Source: an uncultured archaeon (lineage in GTDB: Archaea > Asgardarchaeota > Lokiarchaeia > Sigyniarchaeales > SOKP01). Taken from it: a stretch of DNA of 28,793 bases. Shown one piece after another: positions 20,035 to 28,769 of this stretch (the stretch's first letter is position 1; every line of letters starts with the position of its first letter). The DNA is taken from positions 1 through 28,793 of the forward strand of contig CAYUTF010000036.1 in assembly GCA_964447495.1 (NCBI GenBank). The letters run 5' to 3'. A program made the translations under genes and the position numbers. Below the pieces are notes generated by a model that made no database searches, was not told where the DNA came from, and saw only the letters and a list, made by a program, of their open reading frames with translations.

Positions 20035-21228
20035 ATGGTTGAATTGTCTAAAAAAATTTTAGAGGAAAAATTGAAGGAATTACATGATGATGGGATTCCT
20101 GAAGATTTAATTGAAAAAATAAGGTTGCGTATTAAAGATGAAAAATTAGAATCAGAGCAATTAGAATACCTACTTAATAAAATATATATTAATTTTAATA
20201 ATGCAATTGTTGAAACTTCAGAGCCCGTGGGTACAGTTGCAGCCCAATCGATAGGCGAGCCTGGAACTCAAATGACTTTGAGAACATTTCATTATGCAGG
20301 AGTGGAAGAGTTCAGCGTAACTCAAGGATTGCCACGTCTTATAGAAATTGTTGACGCGCGAAGATTTCCTAGCACACCGCAAATGGAAATTTATTTAGAA
20401 AAAGGTTACCGTGAAAGTGAGGGAACGGCAATTAAAGTTCATAATCGTATTGAACAGATTAGAATAGAACAAATTACTCATGATATCGATCTTGATTTTA
20501 TCAATTGGCAATTATCAATTAATCTCATTCCAGAGATATGTGAAAAGAAAGGAATAGAAATCGATGAAATTCCGGAAATTTTAAAGAGATATAAGAAAAA
20601 GGGAACAATAAAGCGTGAAGGTAATTCTATTATTATTAATCCTGGTATCGAAGATCTTCAGAGTCTACAAAAATTAAGAGAGAAGATTTTAAAGAAAGTA
20701 GTTAAGGGAATACGGGGTGTTAAGAGGGGGTTATTAACTCCTTCCGATGACACTAAGGAATGGGTCATTAAAACTGAAGGTACTAATATGCAAAGTGTGG
20801 TTCAAATTGAAGGGGTCGATACGACAAGAACCGTTTCGAATCATATTCATGAAATAGAGAAATTATACGGGATTGAAGCCGCTCGAAATATGATAATTTT
20901 TGAGGCACAAAAAGTACTTGAACAGCAAGGATTAGACGTAGACCAACGTCATCTTCTTATATTATCTGATTTAATGTGTGTAGATGGTTCAATCCAATCA
21001 ATTGGAAGACATGGAATTTCTGGTTCTAAATCAAGCGTATTTGCGAGAGCTGCTTTTGAAGTGACTGTGAATCAGCTTCTGGATGCAGGTCTCTATGGAG
21101 AAGAAGAACGATTACTTGGTATCCCAGAAAACGTAATCATCGGTCAAGTTACTCCAATAGGAACTGGGAGAGTATCCATCATGTTTGATCTTGATGCTAA
21201 TTTAGAAATCTTAAAAAGTAGGAAATAA
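20035..21228 (+). CDS. rpoA2: DNA-directed RNA polymerase subunit A'' (Rpo1C)
   Basis: [25 protein letters not shown] (trigger loop), [24 protein letters not shown]. Confidence 0.99.
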   Translation: MVELSKKILEEKLKELHDDGIPEDLIEKIRLRIKDEKLESEQLEYLLNKIYINFNNAIVETSEPVGTVAAQSIGEPGTQMTLRTFHYAGVEEFSVTQGLPRLIEIVDARRFPSTPQMEIYLEKGYRESEGTAIKVHNRIEQIRIEQITHDIDLDFINWQLSINLIPEICEKKGIEIDEIPEILKRYKKKGTIKREGNSIIINPGIEDLQSLQKLREKILKKVVKGIRGVKRGLLTPSDDTKEWVIKTEGTNMQSVVQIEGVDTTRTVSNHIHEIEKLYGIEAARNMIIFEAQKVLEQQGLDVDQRHLLILSDLMCVDGSIQSIGRHGISGSKSSVFARAAFEVTVNQLLDAGLYGEEERLLGIPENVIIGQVTPIGTGRVSIMFDLDANLEILKSRK

Positions 21229-21314
21229 GTTAATTAGCGTTAAAAATTTAAACTATTATGAATTTATTTTATTACTTTATTATTGATATTAAAAAGATAG
21301 TGAACTGTTAGATT

Positions 21315-21689
21315 ATGGCTCGAAAAAACAAGAAGATTAATGAATCAATTGATCTCTCTCGTAAAAAAACGAAAGAATTTGATATCGATACAAACATCAA
21401 AGTCGCATATAAGACAGGTAAAGTTGTTTATGGGGCAGATCAAGTGCTTCGACAATTAAGACGCAACCCCTTTAAGATGTTAATAACGAGTAATAATTGT
21501 CCTGCTGCTTTAGAATCAGAATTGAATTATTATAATAAATTGATTAAAGAAAGCATATTTATTCATAAATATAAAGGGTCTTCTTGGGATTTAGGGCTTA
21601 CTGTGGGAAAGCCTTATATGATTTCTGTGCTTGGAGTTAATGATTTCGGAGACTCAAACTTAATCGCATTAAAAACTAAGAGAAATTAA
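21315..21689 (+). CDS. rpl30e: 50S ribosomal protein L30e
   Basis: KTGKVVYG, SNNCP, YKGSSWDLGLTVGKPYMIS..V.DFGDS; syntenic after rpoA2. Confidence 0.93.
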   Translation: MARKNKKINESIDLSRKKTKEFDIDTNIKVAYKTGKVVYGADQVLRQLRRNPFKMLITSNNCPAALESELNYYNKLIKESIFIHKYKGSSWDLGLTVGKPYMISVLGVNDFGDSNLIALKTKRN

Positions 21690-21711
21690 GAATAAAGGGA
21701 ACAATTAAATT

Positions 21712-22191
21712 ATGCTAAAGAAAAATATAAAGCTTGATCGACAATCAATGGAGTTAATCTCCTTATTTAATAATATATCGGGTGCAATCATCAAAGATTG
21801 TATTATTTTTGAATCTCCAGAAAACCAATCTGAGATAGTCATTTTTTTGGTTAAAAAAGAAGATGTTGGTAAAGCAATCGGGAAGGCAGGTGAACATGTG
21901 AAAGATCTTATGGAGAAACTCCAAAAAAAGATAGATGTTATCCCCTGGTCCGAAAATCTCGAACTTTTCATCCAATACATATTAAATACTTCAAAAAATT
22001 CTATAAAAGTTCAAAATATAGAAATAAAAGAAAGTAAAAACCAAAAAAAGACGGTTATTATCTCCGTTCGTCCTCAAGACAGAGGAAAAGCAATCGGGAA
22101 AGAAGGCTCAATGATTCGCAAAATTAAAGACTTAGTATTACGACACTGGGAAGTGGATAATGTAATTATTAATACTAAAGACAATATCTAA
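21712..22191 (+). CDS. nusA: Archaeal NusA (two KH domains)
   Basis: Two GKAIGKxG KH motifs; position between rpl30e and rps12. Confidence 0.95.
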   Translation: MLKKNIKLDRQSMELISLFNNISGAIIKDCIIFESPENQSEIVIFLVKKEDVGKAIGKAGEHVKDLMEKLQKKIDVIPWSENLELFIQYILNTSKNSIKVQNIEIKESKNQKKTVIISVRPQDRGKAIGKEGSMIRKIKDLVLRHWEVDNVIINTKDNI

Positions 22192-22300
22192 CTGAAACTC
22201 ATAAAATCTATTGATTTTTACTTATTCATAAATTTTAAGTTTAAGGAAATATTATCATTGCTTACAATATTTATAAAATTAAATCCTCAAGTGTGTATTC

Positions 22301-22735
22301 ATGGGAAAACCCAAAGGTCTATATGCCGCCAGACAACTAAAAAAAAACAGAAAGAAATTCCGTTGGTCTAAAACAAAATACAAAAGAAAGAAGTTAGGAC
22401 TAAAGAAAAGAGTCGATCCATTAGGAGGCAGTTGTCAAGCATTAGGTATAGTGCTTCAAAAAGTAGGACGAGAAAGTAAACAACCTAACTCTGCAATCAG
22501 AAAATGTGTGAGAGTTCAACTAAAGAAGAATGGTAAGGGTGTAACGGCATTTCTACCGGGAGACGGTGCGCTGAACTTCATAGAAGAGCATGATCGTGTG
22601 ATAGTTGAGGGAATTGGTGGTGCTAAGGGACGTGCTATTGGTGATCTTCCTGGTGTAAGGTATAAAGTCGTTATGGTGAATGGTGTATCTTTAGATGCCT
22701 TACTCGCCGGAAAGAAAGAGAAACCTTTGAGATAA
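22301..22735 (+). CDS. rps12: 30S ribosomal protein S12 (uS12)
   Basis: [41 protein letters not shown]. Confidence 0.99.
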   Translation: MGKPKGLYAARQLKKNRKKFRWSKTKYKRKKLGLKKRVDPLGGSCQALGIVLQKVGRESKQPNSAIRKCVRVQLKKNGKGVTAFLPGDGALNFIEEHDRVIVEGIGGAKGRAIGDLPGVRYKVVMVNGVSLDALLAGKKEKPLR

Positions 22736-22742
22736 TGAGGTA

Positions 22743-23369
22743 TTGATGATGAGTAGTAAAAATAAACTAGACGTTAAACTCTTCAATAAATGGTCCTATG
22801 AAGGACTTTCTGTGAATGACTGGACCTTAGAACGATATATCAACTTAAGACCAATTATCGTCCCCCATAGTCATGGTCGACATGAACACAGAAGATTTTG
22901 GAAAAGCTCCAGAGTTTCGATCATTGAAAGATTTGTGAATCGATTATTATCACCAGGATTTATTGGAAGTAAAATTAAAGGCCATAAAAGTTCATATAAC
23001 TCTGGCAAGAAAGCTAAATTATTACGAAGTATTGAAAATGCTTTTACATTAATCGAATTAAATACTGGAAGCAATCCAATTCAGGTATTAGTTGATGCTA
23101 TCTGCAACTGCGCCCCAAGAGAAGAAACAACGAGAATTGCGATGGGAGGAATATCCTATGCATCAGCTGTAGATATTTCACCTCAAAGACGTGTTGATCT
23201 TGCTCTTAAGTATTTAGTTCAAGCAATTGGTGGAAGATCACATTCAAATGAACGCCCATTTGATGTTAACCTAGCTCAGGAACTTATTTCAGCTGCGAAT
23301 AATGATCAAGAATCGAGAGCAGTTAAGAGAAAAGATGAGGTAGAAAGAATCGCAGTTTCTGCGAGATAA
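22743..23369 (+). CDS. rps7: 30S ribosomal protein S7 (uS7)
   Basis: LFNKWS, PHSHGRH, NPIQVLVDAI.NCAPREETTRI, AVDISPQRRVD, ERIAVSAR; real start may be ATG 22746 or 22749. Confidence 0.98.
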   Translation: MMMSSKNKLDVKLFNKWSYEGLSVNDWTLERYINLRPIIVPHSHGRHEHRRFWKSSRVSIIERFVNRLLSPGFIGSKIKGHKSSYNSGKKAKLLRSIENAFTLIELNTGSNPIQVLVDAICNCAPREETTRIAMGGISYASAVDISPQRRVDLALKYLVQAIGGRSHSNERPFDVNLAQELISAANNDQESRAVKRKDEVERIAVSAR

Positions 23370-23394
23370 TTCTAATTTTCTTAAAATTAAATTA

Positions 23395-23402
23395 TTTTTT
23401 TT
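23395..23402 (+). terminator. Possible oligo-T terminator after rps7
   Basis: T8 run 25 bp after the rps7 stop; archaeal terminators are oligo-T, but such runs are common here. Confidence 0.3.
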
Positions 23403-23528
23403 CTGATATATCACGTAGATATTATCAGAATTGTCCATAATACCCATAATTTCCTAAATTTTTATATATCGATGATCCTATAAATAATGTAATTAGTCTT
23501 TTTCAATTAGAGTAATTAGGATATTGAA

Positions 23529-25478
23529 TTGGTCTCCGACAAAAATAAGAATATCTTAGAGAAACAATTAAAGACGTTAGGTCAGAAAATTAGGATTGAT
23601 ATTTTAAAGAAATTGAGCACTAGTCAAGTTCCATTATCTTATTCAGTCCTTCAAAAAGAAATTTTAGTTTCTCATTCTAATTCAACCAATTTATCATTTC
23701 ACCTTAAAACGTTAAAGAATAGCGATTTAATTAATAGTGTGGAGGAAGGCTATTCTCTTACAGTCTTAGGAAGACAAATTTTAAAAAATATTTTGTCTAT
23801 TGAACAAATCCTTAATATACAAAATAAATCAATAATGATTCGAACCTCTAAATATTCAAAAGAGCCATTCAATCTAAGCAAAGTTGAAGATTACTTAGTT
23901 AATGAAGGGAAAATGGAGATCTTCCAAGCAAGACAGATAGCTCAAGAAGTTGAAGAGAGATTATCAAAAACCAATATAGAATATCTTACTGCTCCCCTTA
24001 TGAGAGAATATATCAATGGGATTCTATTAGAAAATGGTTTAGAAAAATTAAGACACAATCTTACACGATTAGGTACTCCTCCTTTTGAAGTATCAAAATA
24101 CTTTGGAAACTCAAGTTTAAATCCCGAATCATATATAAAAACACTGGGTTCAGAGATATCTGAGCAGTATTTATTATTAAATCTTCTCCCTAATAATTTA
24201 GCAGATTTGTACTTATCTGGTGAAATTTTCCTATTACATCTAGATTATTGGAGCTTAAGACCCTTAAGCATTTATCTTAATACTTCCGATCTACTTAAAT
24301 ATATTACTTCTAATACAAATTATAATAAAACGATACCAGATTCCTTAGATTTCAGGAAATCCATTTTAGAATTCTCTAATGCTCTTAGAGAATTTAAACC
24401 TTATTTTTCTGAAGACCTCTTATTAGGTGATTTTAATTGTTTAATAGATATTTACAATGAAGATTCTGGAACATCTCAACAGTTTTTTGACATCCTTTTT
24501 TCGGAATTACTGAGATTTAACTCTACTTATTATGATGAAAAATCCCATTTAACTATTAATCTTAAATCTTTGAATAATGACTTATTTAAAAAGCTGATAT
24601 GCTATATGAATTTAGAAAAGAGTCACTATTTCCCAAATTTGATGATAGCCTACTCGAATTACAAAAAAAGTAATGAATATGATATATTGCCCTTTTTTAA
24701 TTCTTGTATTCAGGAAAATATTAAATTTTATAACGAAAAAGAATCTAAAATGATGAATTCAACGCTTAATCTTGTGAATTATAAGCCTAATTCTAATAAC
24801 ATAACAAATAAAATCATTTTAGATAAGATATTGATAAATCTTCACACGATTGCTTTAGAATCAAATCAGAATGATGATATATTTTTCAATTTAGTTCAAG
24901 AGAGGGTAAATGATGTGTTTGAACTATTCGCGTTCAAAAAAGAGTTTGTAAATAAAAAGTTACATAATTCAAAAAATTGGAATCATCTAATAACTACTTT
25001 TTTTAATAAGGAGAATAAAGACTGGGTAGAGACTAGTTCAAAAGCAATTAGTTTTTTTGGGTTAAATAAAGCTATAAAACAGCATTGCGGTATTGAAATT
25101 GATAGGATCGAAAAGAGTGAGAAATTTGCTTTAAAAGTGTTATCTCTGATCAATGCCATTATAAAGGAGAGAAATAGCGAAGAAAATGACTTTTACACCT
25201 TAAATCAGCCACATAATGGCGCTTATTTACATGAAACATGGATTAATGATAGCTCAAACTTAAACAAAAATACCCCAAGTTATTCTATGGACTTAATCCG
25301 GAAATATACTAAATTATCTATAGACAAACAACTCATACTATATAAAAAATTTGAAAATCTTCTCAATGGTGGCAGTATTTTTAATTTTTACGTTAAAATA
25401 AATGGTGTAAATTTGATAGACGTAATAGAAAAAGTAGTAAATTCTAATGTAGCGGCTTTCTCAATAACTCATACATAA
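23529..25478 (+). CDS. ArsR-like wHTH + ATP-cone + degenerate class III ribonucleotide reductase (NrdD-like) fusion protein
   Basis: N-terminal LKTLGQKIRIDILKKL...LSYSVL...NLSFHLKTLKNSDLI..YSLTVLGR (wHTH). IRTSKYSKEPFNLSKV..YLTAPLMREYINGILLENG...LTRLG (ATP cone of archaeal NrdD). Relic barrel motifs ADLYLSGEIFLLHLDYW, INLHTIALES, ISFFGLNKA, GGSIF. No CxxC/CxxC or RxxGY at the C-terminus. Confidence 0.8.
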   Translation: MVSDKNKNILEKQLKTLGQKIRIDILKKLSTSQVPLSYSVLQKEILVSHSNSTNLSFHLKTLKNSDLINSVEEGYSLTVLGRQILKNILSIEQILNIQNKSIMIRTSKYSKEPFNLSKVEDYLVNEGKMEIFQARQIAQEVEERLSKTNIEYLTAPLMREYINGILLENGLEKLRHNLTRLGTPPFEVSKYFGNSSLNPESYIKTLGSEISEQYLLLNLLPNNLADLYLSGEIFLLHLDYWSLRPLSIYLNTSDLLKYITSNTNYNKTIPDSLDFRKSILEFSNALREFKPYFSEDLLLGDFNCLIDIYNEDSGTSQQFFDILFSELLRFNSTYYDEKSHLTINLKSLNNDLFKKLICYMNLEKSHYFPNLMIAYSNYKKSNEYDILPFFNSCIQENIKFYNEKESKMMNSTLNLVNYKPNSNNITNKIILDKILINLHTIALESNQNDDIFFNLVQERVNDVFELFAFKKEFVNKKLHNSKNWNHLITTFFNKENKDWVETSSKAISFFGLNKAIKQHCGIEIDRIEKSEKFALKVLSLINAIIKERNSEENDFYTLNQPHNGAYLHETWINDSSNLNKNTPSYSMDLIRKYTKLSIDKQLILYKKFENLLNGGSIFNFYVKINGVNLIDVIEKVVNSNVAAFSITHT

Positions 25479-25479
25479 G

Positions 25480-26400
25480 TTAATCAGCTAATAATTCTGC
25501 TAATAATGCTTTTCTCATCGGAATTCCATAGTAAGTCTGTTTAAAGTATATTGCTTTATTAGAGGAGTCAACTTCTGGAGAGATTTCATTGATTCTTGGG
25601 AGGGGATGCATGATCCTGAACTTTTCTTTTGTTTGGGCTAAATCATCTACATTAAATACATAAAAATTCTTAACTCTTTCATATTCTTCTATATCTGCAA
25701 ATCTTTCTTTTTGAATTCTCGTGACATACAAAACATCTAAAATATTCAATATATTTCGGTATTGTGCGACTTCTTTAAATTTAATTTGACTATGGCGAAG
25801 ATACTCCTTATCTCTATTTCTGAGCATTAAATCTTTAGGACTGATGAAATAGATGTTAGCATCATAATTTGAAAGTAAAACAGCAAGAGAATGAACGGTT
25901 CTTCCATATTTTAAATCTCCCATAATTCCAATATTTAAACCATCTAACTTTATGCCTTCTTCAGTAATAGTGAGTAAATCTAATAAAGCTTGAGTTGGAT
26001 GTTCACCACTACCTGATCCTGCGTTAATGACTGGAATCCTTGAGAATCTTGAAGCCATTTTAGCTGCTCCTTCTAATGGATGCCTCATTACGATACAATC
26101 ACTATAATTTTCTACTGTTCTGATGGTATCTGCTATACTCTCCCCTTTTTTTATAGAAGATACATCTCCTGATGAAAACCCGATAACATCACCGCCGAGA
26201 CGATGCATTGCGGATTCAAAACTTAAACGTGTTCTTGTAGATGGCTCAAAGAATAATGTCGCTAGTATTTTTCCCTTTAAGAGTTCGGAATTTTGTTTAT
26301 TGCTAATCATATCTCGTGCTTTTGATAAGATATATTCAATGTCTTCTCGAGAAAAATCTCTAGCAGATATAATACCTTCTTTAAACTTCTCTTTAAACAT
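25480..26400 (-). CDS. pyrB: Aspartate carbamoyltransferase catalytic subunit
   Basis: FFEPSTRTRLSF, KGESIADT, INAGSGSGEHPTQALLD, GDLKYGRTVHSL, YVTRIQKER, MHPLPR. Confidence 0.98.
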   Translation of the reverse strand: MFKEKFKEGIISARDFSREDIEYILSKARDMISNKQNSELLKGKILATLFFEPSTRTRLSFESAMHRLGGDVIGFSSGDVSSIKKGESIADTIRTVENYSDCIVMRHPLEGAAKMASRFSRIPVINAGSGSGEHPTQALLDLLTITEEGIKLDGLNIGIMGDLKYGRTVHSLAVLLSNYDANIYFISPKDLMLRNRDKEYLRHSQIKFKEVAQYRNILNILDVLYVTRIQKERFADIEEYERVKNFYVFNVDDLAQTKEKFRIMHPLPRINEISPEVDSSNKAIYFKQTYYGIPMRKALLAELLAD

Positions 26401-26560
26401 TTTTATTCGTCTTTTTAGTTTTATTAAAAAAATGTAGGTAAGATATAAATTATTTTTTATTAAAAATTACAAATTAGAAAACATCGATTACAGAACTAAT
26501 AAAATTTAAAATTTATGAATAATTAATTACACTATTCTATAAGAATTTGGTGTATTCATA

Positions 26561-26842
26561 TTGAAGTACCCTCGAACAATTAATAGATATTGTCCTACAT
26601 GCAAAACACATACAAAACATACAGTCTCTATCTATAAAAAAGGAAAAGAAAGAGCGATGAATCACGGCCGTAGAAGGCTCGAAAGAAAAAAAAGGGGCTA
26701 CGGCTCTTTCCCAAAGGAGATCTTTCACAAGAACGCTAAGATTAACAAGAGAACTCTTCCTGTGTTAGAATGTTCTGAATGCAAGAAAAAATATTATGCC
26801 AAATCTTATCGTGTCAAAAAATTTGAAATACAAGAAGTTTAA
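26561..26842 (+). CDS. rpl44e: 50S ribosomal protein L44e
   Basis: YCPTCKTHTKHTV, GYG, LECSECKK; TTG start; followed by rps27e. Confidence 0.95.
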   Translation: MKYPRTINRYCPTCKTHTKHTVSIYKKGKERAMNHGRRRLERKKRGYGSFPKEIFHKNAKINKRTLPVLECSECKKKYYAKSYRVKKFEIQEV

Positions 26843-26856
26843 GCGTGTGAATAGTA

Positions 26857-27063
26857 ATGACTCATAAAACTAAAGCTAAAGATTTGATACCCCAACCAAA
26901 AAGTCGATTTCTACGAGTAAAATGTTTAAATTGCGGAAACCAACAAATAGTTTTTGGGTGTTCTGCAACAGATGTGGACTGCTTAGTATGTGGAAAAACC
27001 CTTCTTCAGTCAACTGGGGGTAAAGCAAGAATTCTTACCAAGATTTTAGAAGTTCTTACTTAA
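26857..27063 (+). CDS. rps27e: 30S ribosomal protein S27e
   Basis: [20 protein letters not shown]...[17 protein letters not shown]. Confidence 0.97.
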   Translation: MTHKTKAKDLIPQPKSRFLRVKCLNCGNQQIVFGCSATDVDCLVCGKTLLQSTGGKARILTKILEVLT

Positions 27064-27126
27064 GTACTATTTTTCCCAACATTGCTATTTTGATTGTTTT
27101 TTGATATATGGATTTATAGCTCCAAT

Positions 27127-27187
27127 TTCCTTAAGGAATAAAATGCATATTTTATGCTTTAAGATCGTGAAACCCCTCTTTCACGAT
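27127..27187. repeat. Cluster of short inverted repeats/palindromes
   Basis: TTCCTTAAGGAA (27127-27138), ATAAAAT-gcat-ATTTTAT (27138-27155), ATCGTGAAA-cccctc-TTTCACGAT (27164-27187). Confidence 0.6.
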
Positions 27188-27267
27188 GATCTATATAGTT
27201 TCTAGTAATATGAAGATAATATCCATGTAGTTTTGTTGAATAATAAAAATAGAATTAATATTCACGC
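27177..27267 (+). repeat. Direct repeat copy 1 (91 bp)
   Basis: Ungapped match to 28679-28769 (offset 1502); 17 mismatches by hand count; last 31 bp identical (TGAATAATAAAAATAGAATTAATATTCACGC). Confidence 0.9.
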
Positions 27268-27471
27268 TAATTTCTATAAAGATAATTTATGTGTAAATAA
27301 TCGAATTTCAACAATTAATATAATACTTTTTTAATACTTTTTTATTATTTAGAAATTCTTAACTTCTTAATATTTTGAAGGTTTGAACTAAAAATCCCTT
27401 AGAAAAATTTATATCATGTTTCGTAATTATCTAAATCAATTATTCAAATTAATATGAGGAGTTTGAAATAA

Positions 27472-28464
27472 ATGTCAGAGATAAATTCAAGGTGCTTTGT
27501 AATCATGCCATTTTCGAAATCTAGCGAAGAACACACTGAGAAATACTGGACAAAACATTTCAATGAGCTATTAAAACCAACCATAGAAGAACTTGGTGTA
27601 AAAGCCTATCGTGTGGAAGCAATACGTGAAGATATTATAAATAAAATAATAACTAATCTTATCACATCACCGATTGTGCTCGCAGACCTCACAGATCACA
27701 ATCCAAATGTTTTTTGGGAGCTTGGGGTACGGCAGAGTTTTAAACATAATACAATTACGATTGCAGAAAAAGGTACACCAATACCCTTTGATATTAGTGC
27801 GAAAGCTACAATTTTTTATAATGTAAACAATAAAGAAGAACTAACGCAATTTAATGTCAAATTGAAAGCAGCTATAGAAGATTGTAGAAATAATCCAGAA
27901 AAAACTGATAGTCATGTTTTAGAATCCATTTCAGGAAGGGGTTCACTCTATGAAGTAATGAAGCTGGAGGAGACAAGGAGACATGTAGAAAGTTTAATTT
28001 TAGAAGCGCAATTGAATTTACAAGAATATGAAATTGATAAAACATTACTCTCGGATTTAGAAGATTTCTCGAATATCCCCTTCAATGTAAGATTTTCAGT
28101 GTGGAATACAAAATCCTTGGAATTTCTTTTATTGCATCGATATCTTGATGAACCCGATAGCTTTTATAAAACTGCTGAGTTTATTATGCAAAACCTTAAT
28201 GGAATGAAAGTACGCTGTCCTTGGCTAAATTCTCTGACTGAAGATGATAAAAAAAGGGCTCTTATTTACTTTATAGGAATATCAGGTAAGAACTTATATA
28301 AAGCATTCCAAATTTGGCTCGCCAAATTAGAACGGATATATCAAACCATTATTAATAAACTCCAGACAATGATAAATGAAGCAAGCTTAAAACCATTGGA
28401 AGAACTTAGATCTGTTTTCCATAAAGTTGATCCCGATTATTATCGATTTGATTGGGCGCTATAG
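27472..28464 (+). CDS. Nucleoside 2-deoxyribosyltransferase-like (NDT/TIR-like) domain protein with uncharacterised helical C-terminal region
   Basis: CFVIMPF...IVLADLTDHNPNVFWELG...PFDI...IFY is the signature of NDT-like/TIR-like domains, including the conserved Glu; SD GAGGAG upstream. Confidence 0.8.
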   Translation: MSEINSRCFVIMPFSKSSEEHTEKYWTKHFNELLKPTIEELGVKAYRVEAIREDIINKIITNLITSPIVLADLTDHNPNVFWELGVRQSFKHNTITIAEKGTPIPFDISAKATIFYNVNNKEELTQFNVKLKAAIEDCRNNPEKTDSHVLESISGRGSLYEVMKLEETRRHVESLILEAQLNLQEYEIDKTLLSDLEDFSNIPFNVRFSVWNTKSLEFLLLHRYLDEPDSFYKTAEFIMQNLNGMKVRCPWLNSLTEDDKKRALIYFIGISGKNLYKAFQIWLAKLERIYQTIINKLQTMINEASLKPLEELRSVFHKVDPDYYRFDWAL

Positions 28465-28532
28465 GAATTATAAATATACCGAAATCTATACAGGGATAAT
28501 AATCTTTAAGATGGAAATTTTAATATTTTTAG

Positions 28533-28715
28533 CTTGTTTGCTATTATCATCCTGATCGAGAAGCTACTGCAAAACGTGAAATTTGCGAAAAATTCGTCTG
28601 TTTAGAATGCAAAATGTTTTTAAAAAGAATGCAAGAAACTGGAAATTCAAGAATTGTTATTGGTTATGAAGTATGGTATCTTTCACGATCATTTATATAT
28701 CACTTAAAAATATGA
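28533..28715 (+). pseudogene. Start-less remnant of a B-box-type zinc-finger gene
   Basis: Frame reads LVCYYHPDREATAKREICEKFVCLECKM...; C-x2-H-x7-(C>R)-x2-C-x4-C-x2-C is B-box spacing. No in-frame start (TAG at 28530) and one ligand codon is CGT rather than TGT. Confidence 0.6.
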
Positions 28716-28769
28716 AGATATTACCTAAGTGATATTGCTGAATAATAAAAATAGAATTAATATTCACGC
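28679..28769 (+). repeat. Direct repeat copy 2 (91 bp)
   Basis: Ungapped ~81% match to 27177-27267. Confidence 0.9.

Noticed and set aside
17084-21228. Split of the largest RNAP subunit as a gene disruption
   Set aside because: The A'/A'' split is the common archaeal state; both genes are intact.
21871-22100. 14-bp direct repeat AAAGCAATCGGGAA within nusA
   Set aside because: Explained by the two KH-domain GKAIGK motifs.
9445-26728. Short overlapping ORFs in the track (9445-9633, 10885-11109, 11789-12112, 12389-12703, 14693-14884, 15988-16209, 17344-17568, 17421-17654, 19486-19668, 19524-19751, 21705-21980, 21763-21975, 22871-23074, 26123-26437, 26537-26728)
   Set aside because: All are antisense or alternate-frame shadows of well-supported genes and show no recognisable motifs.
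27191-27265. 24-codon GTG-started minus-strand frame present in both repeat copies
   Set aside because: Too short, no ribosome-binding site, and the differences between copies are mostly non-synonymous.
27064-27471. tRNA gene as an integration target after rps27e
   Set aside because: No GC-rich cloverleaf or T-loop motif is visible.
28712-28742. ATGA...hairpin...TGAA in the repeat as a eukaryote-like SECIS element
   Set aside because: The stem (GATATTAC/GTGATATT) is short and pairs poorly in copy 1, and no in-frame UGA selenoprotein gene is evident nearby.
27177-28769. Direct repeats as a CRISPR array
   Set aside because: Only two copies, 91 bp long and 1.5 kb apart, with no cas genes.
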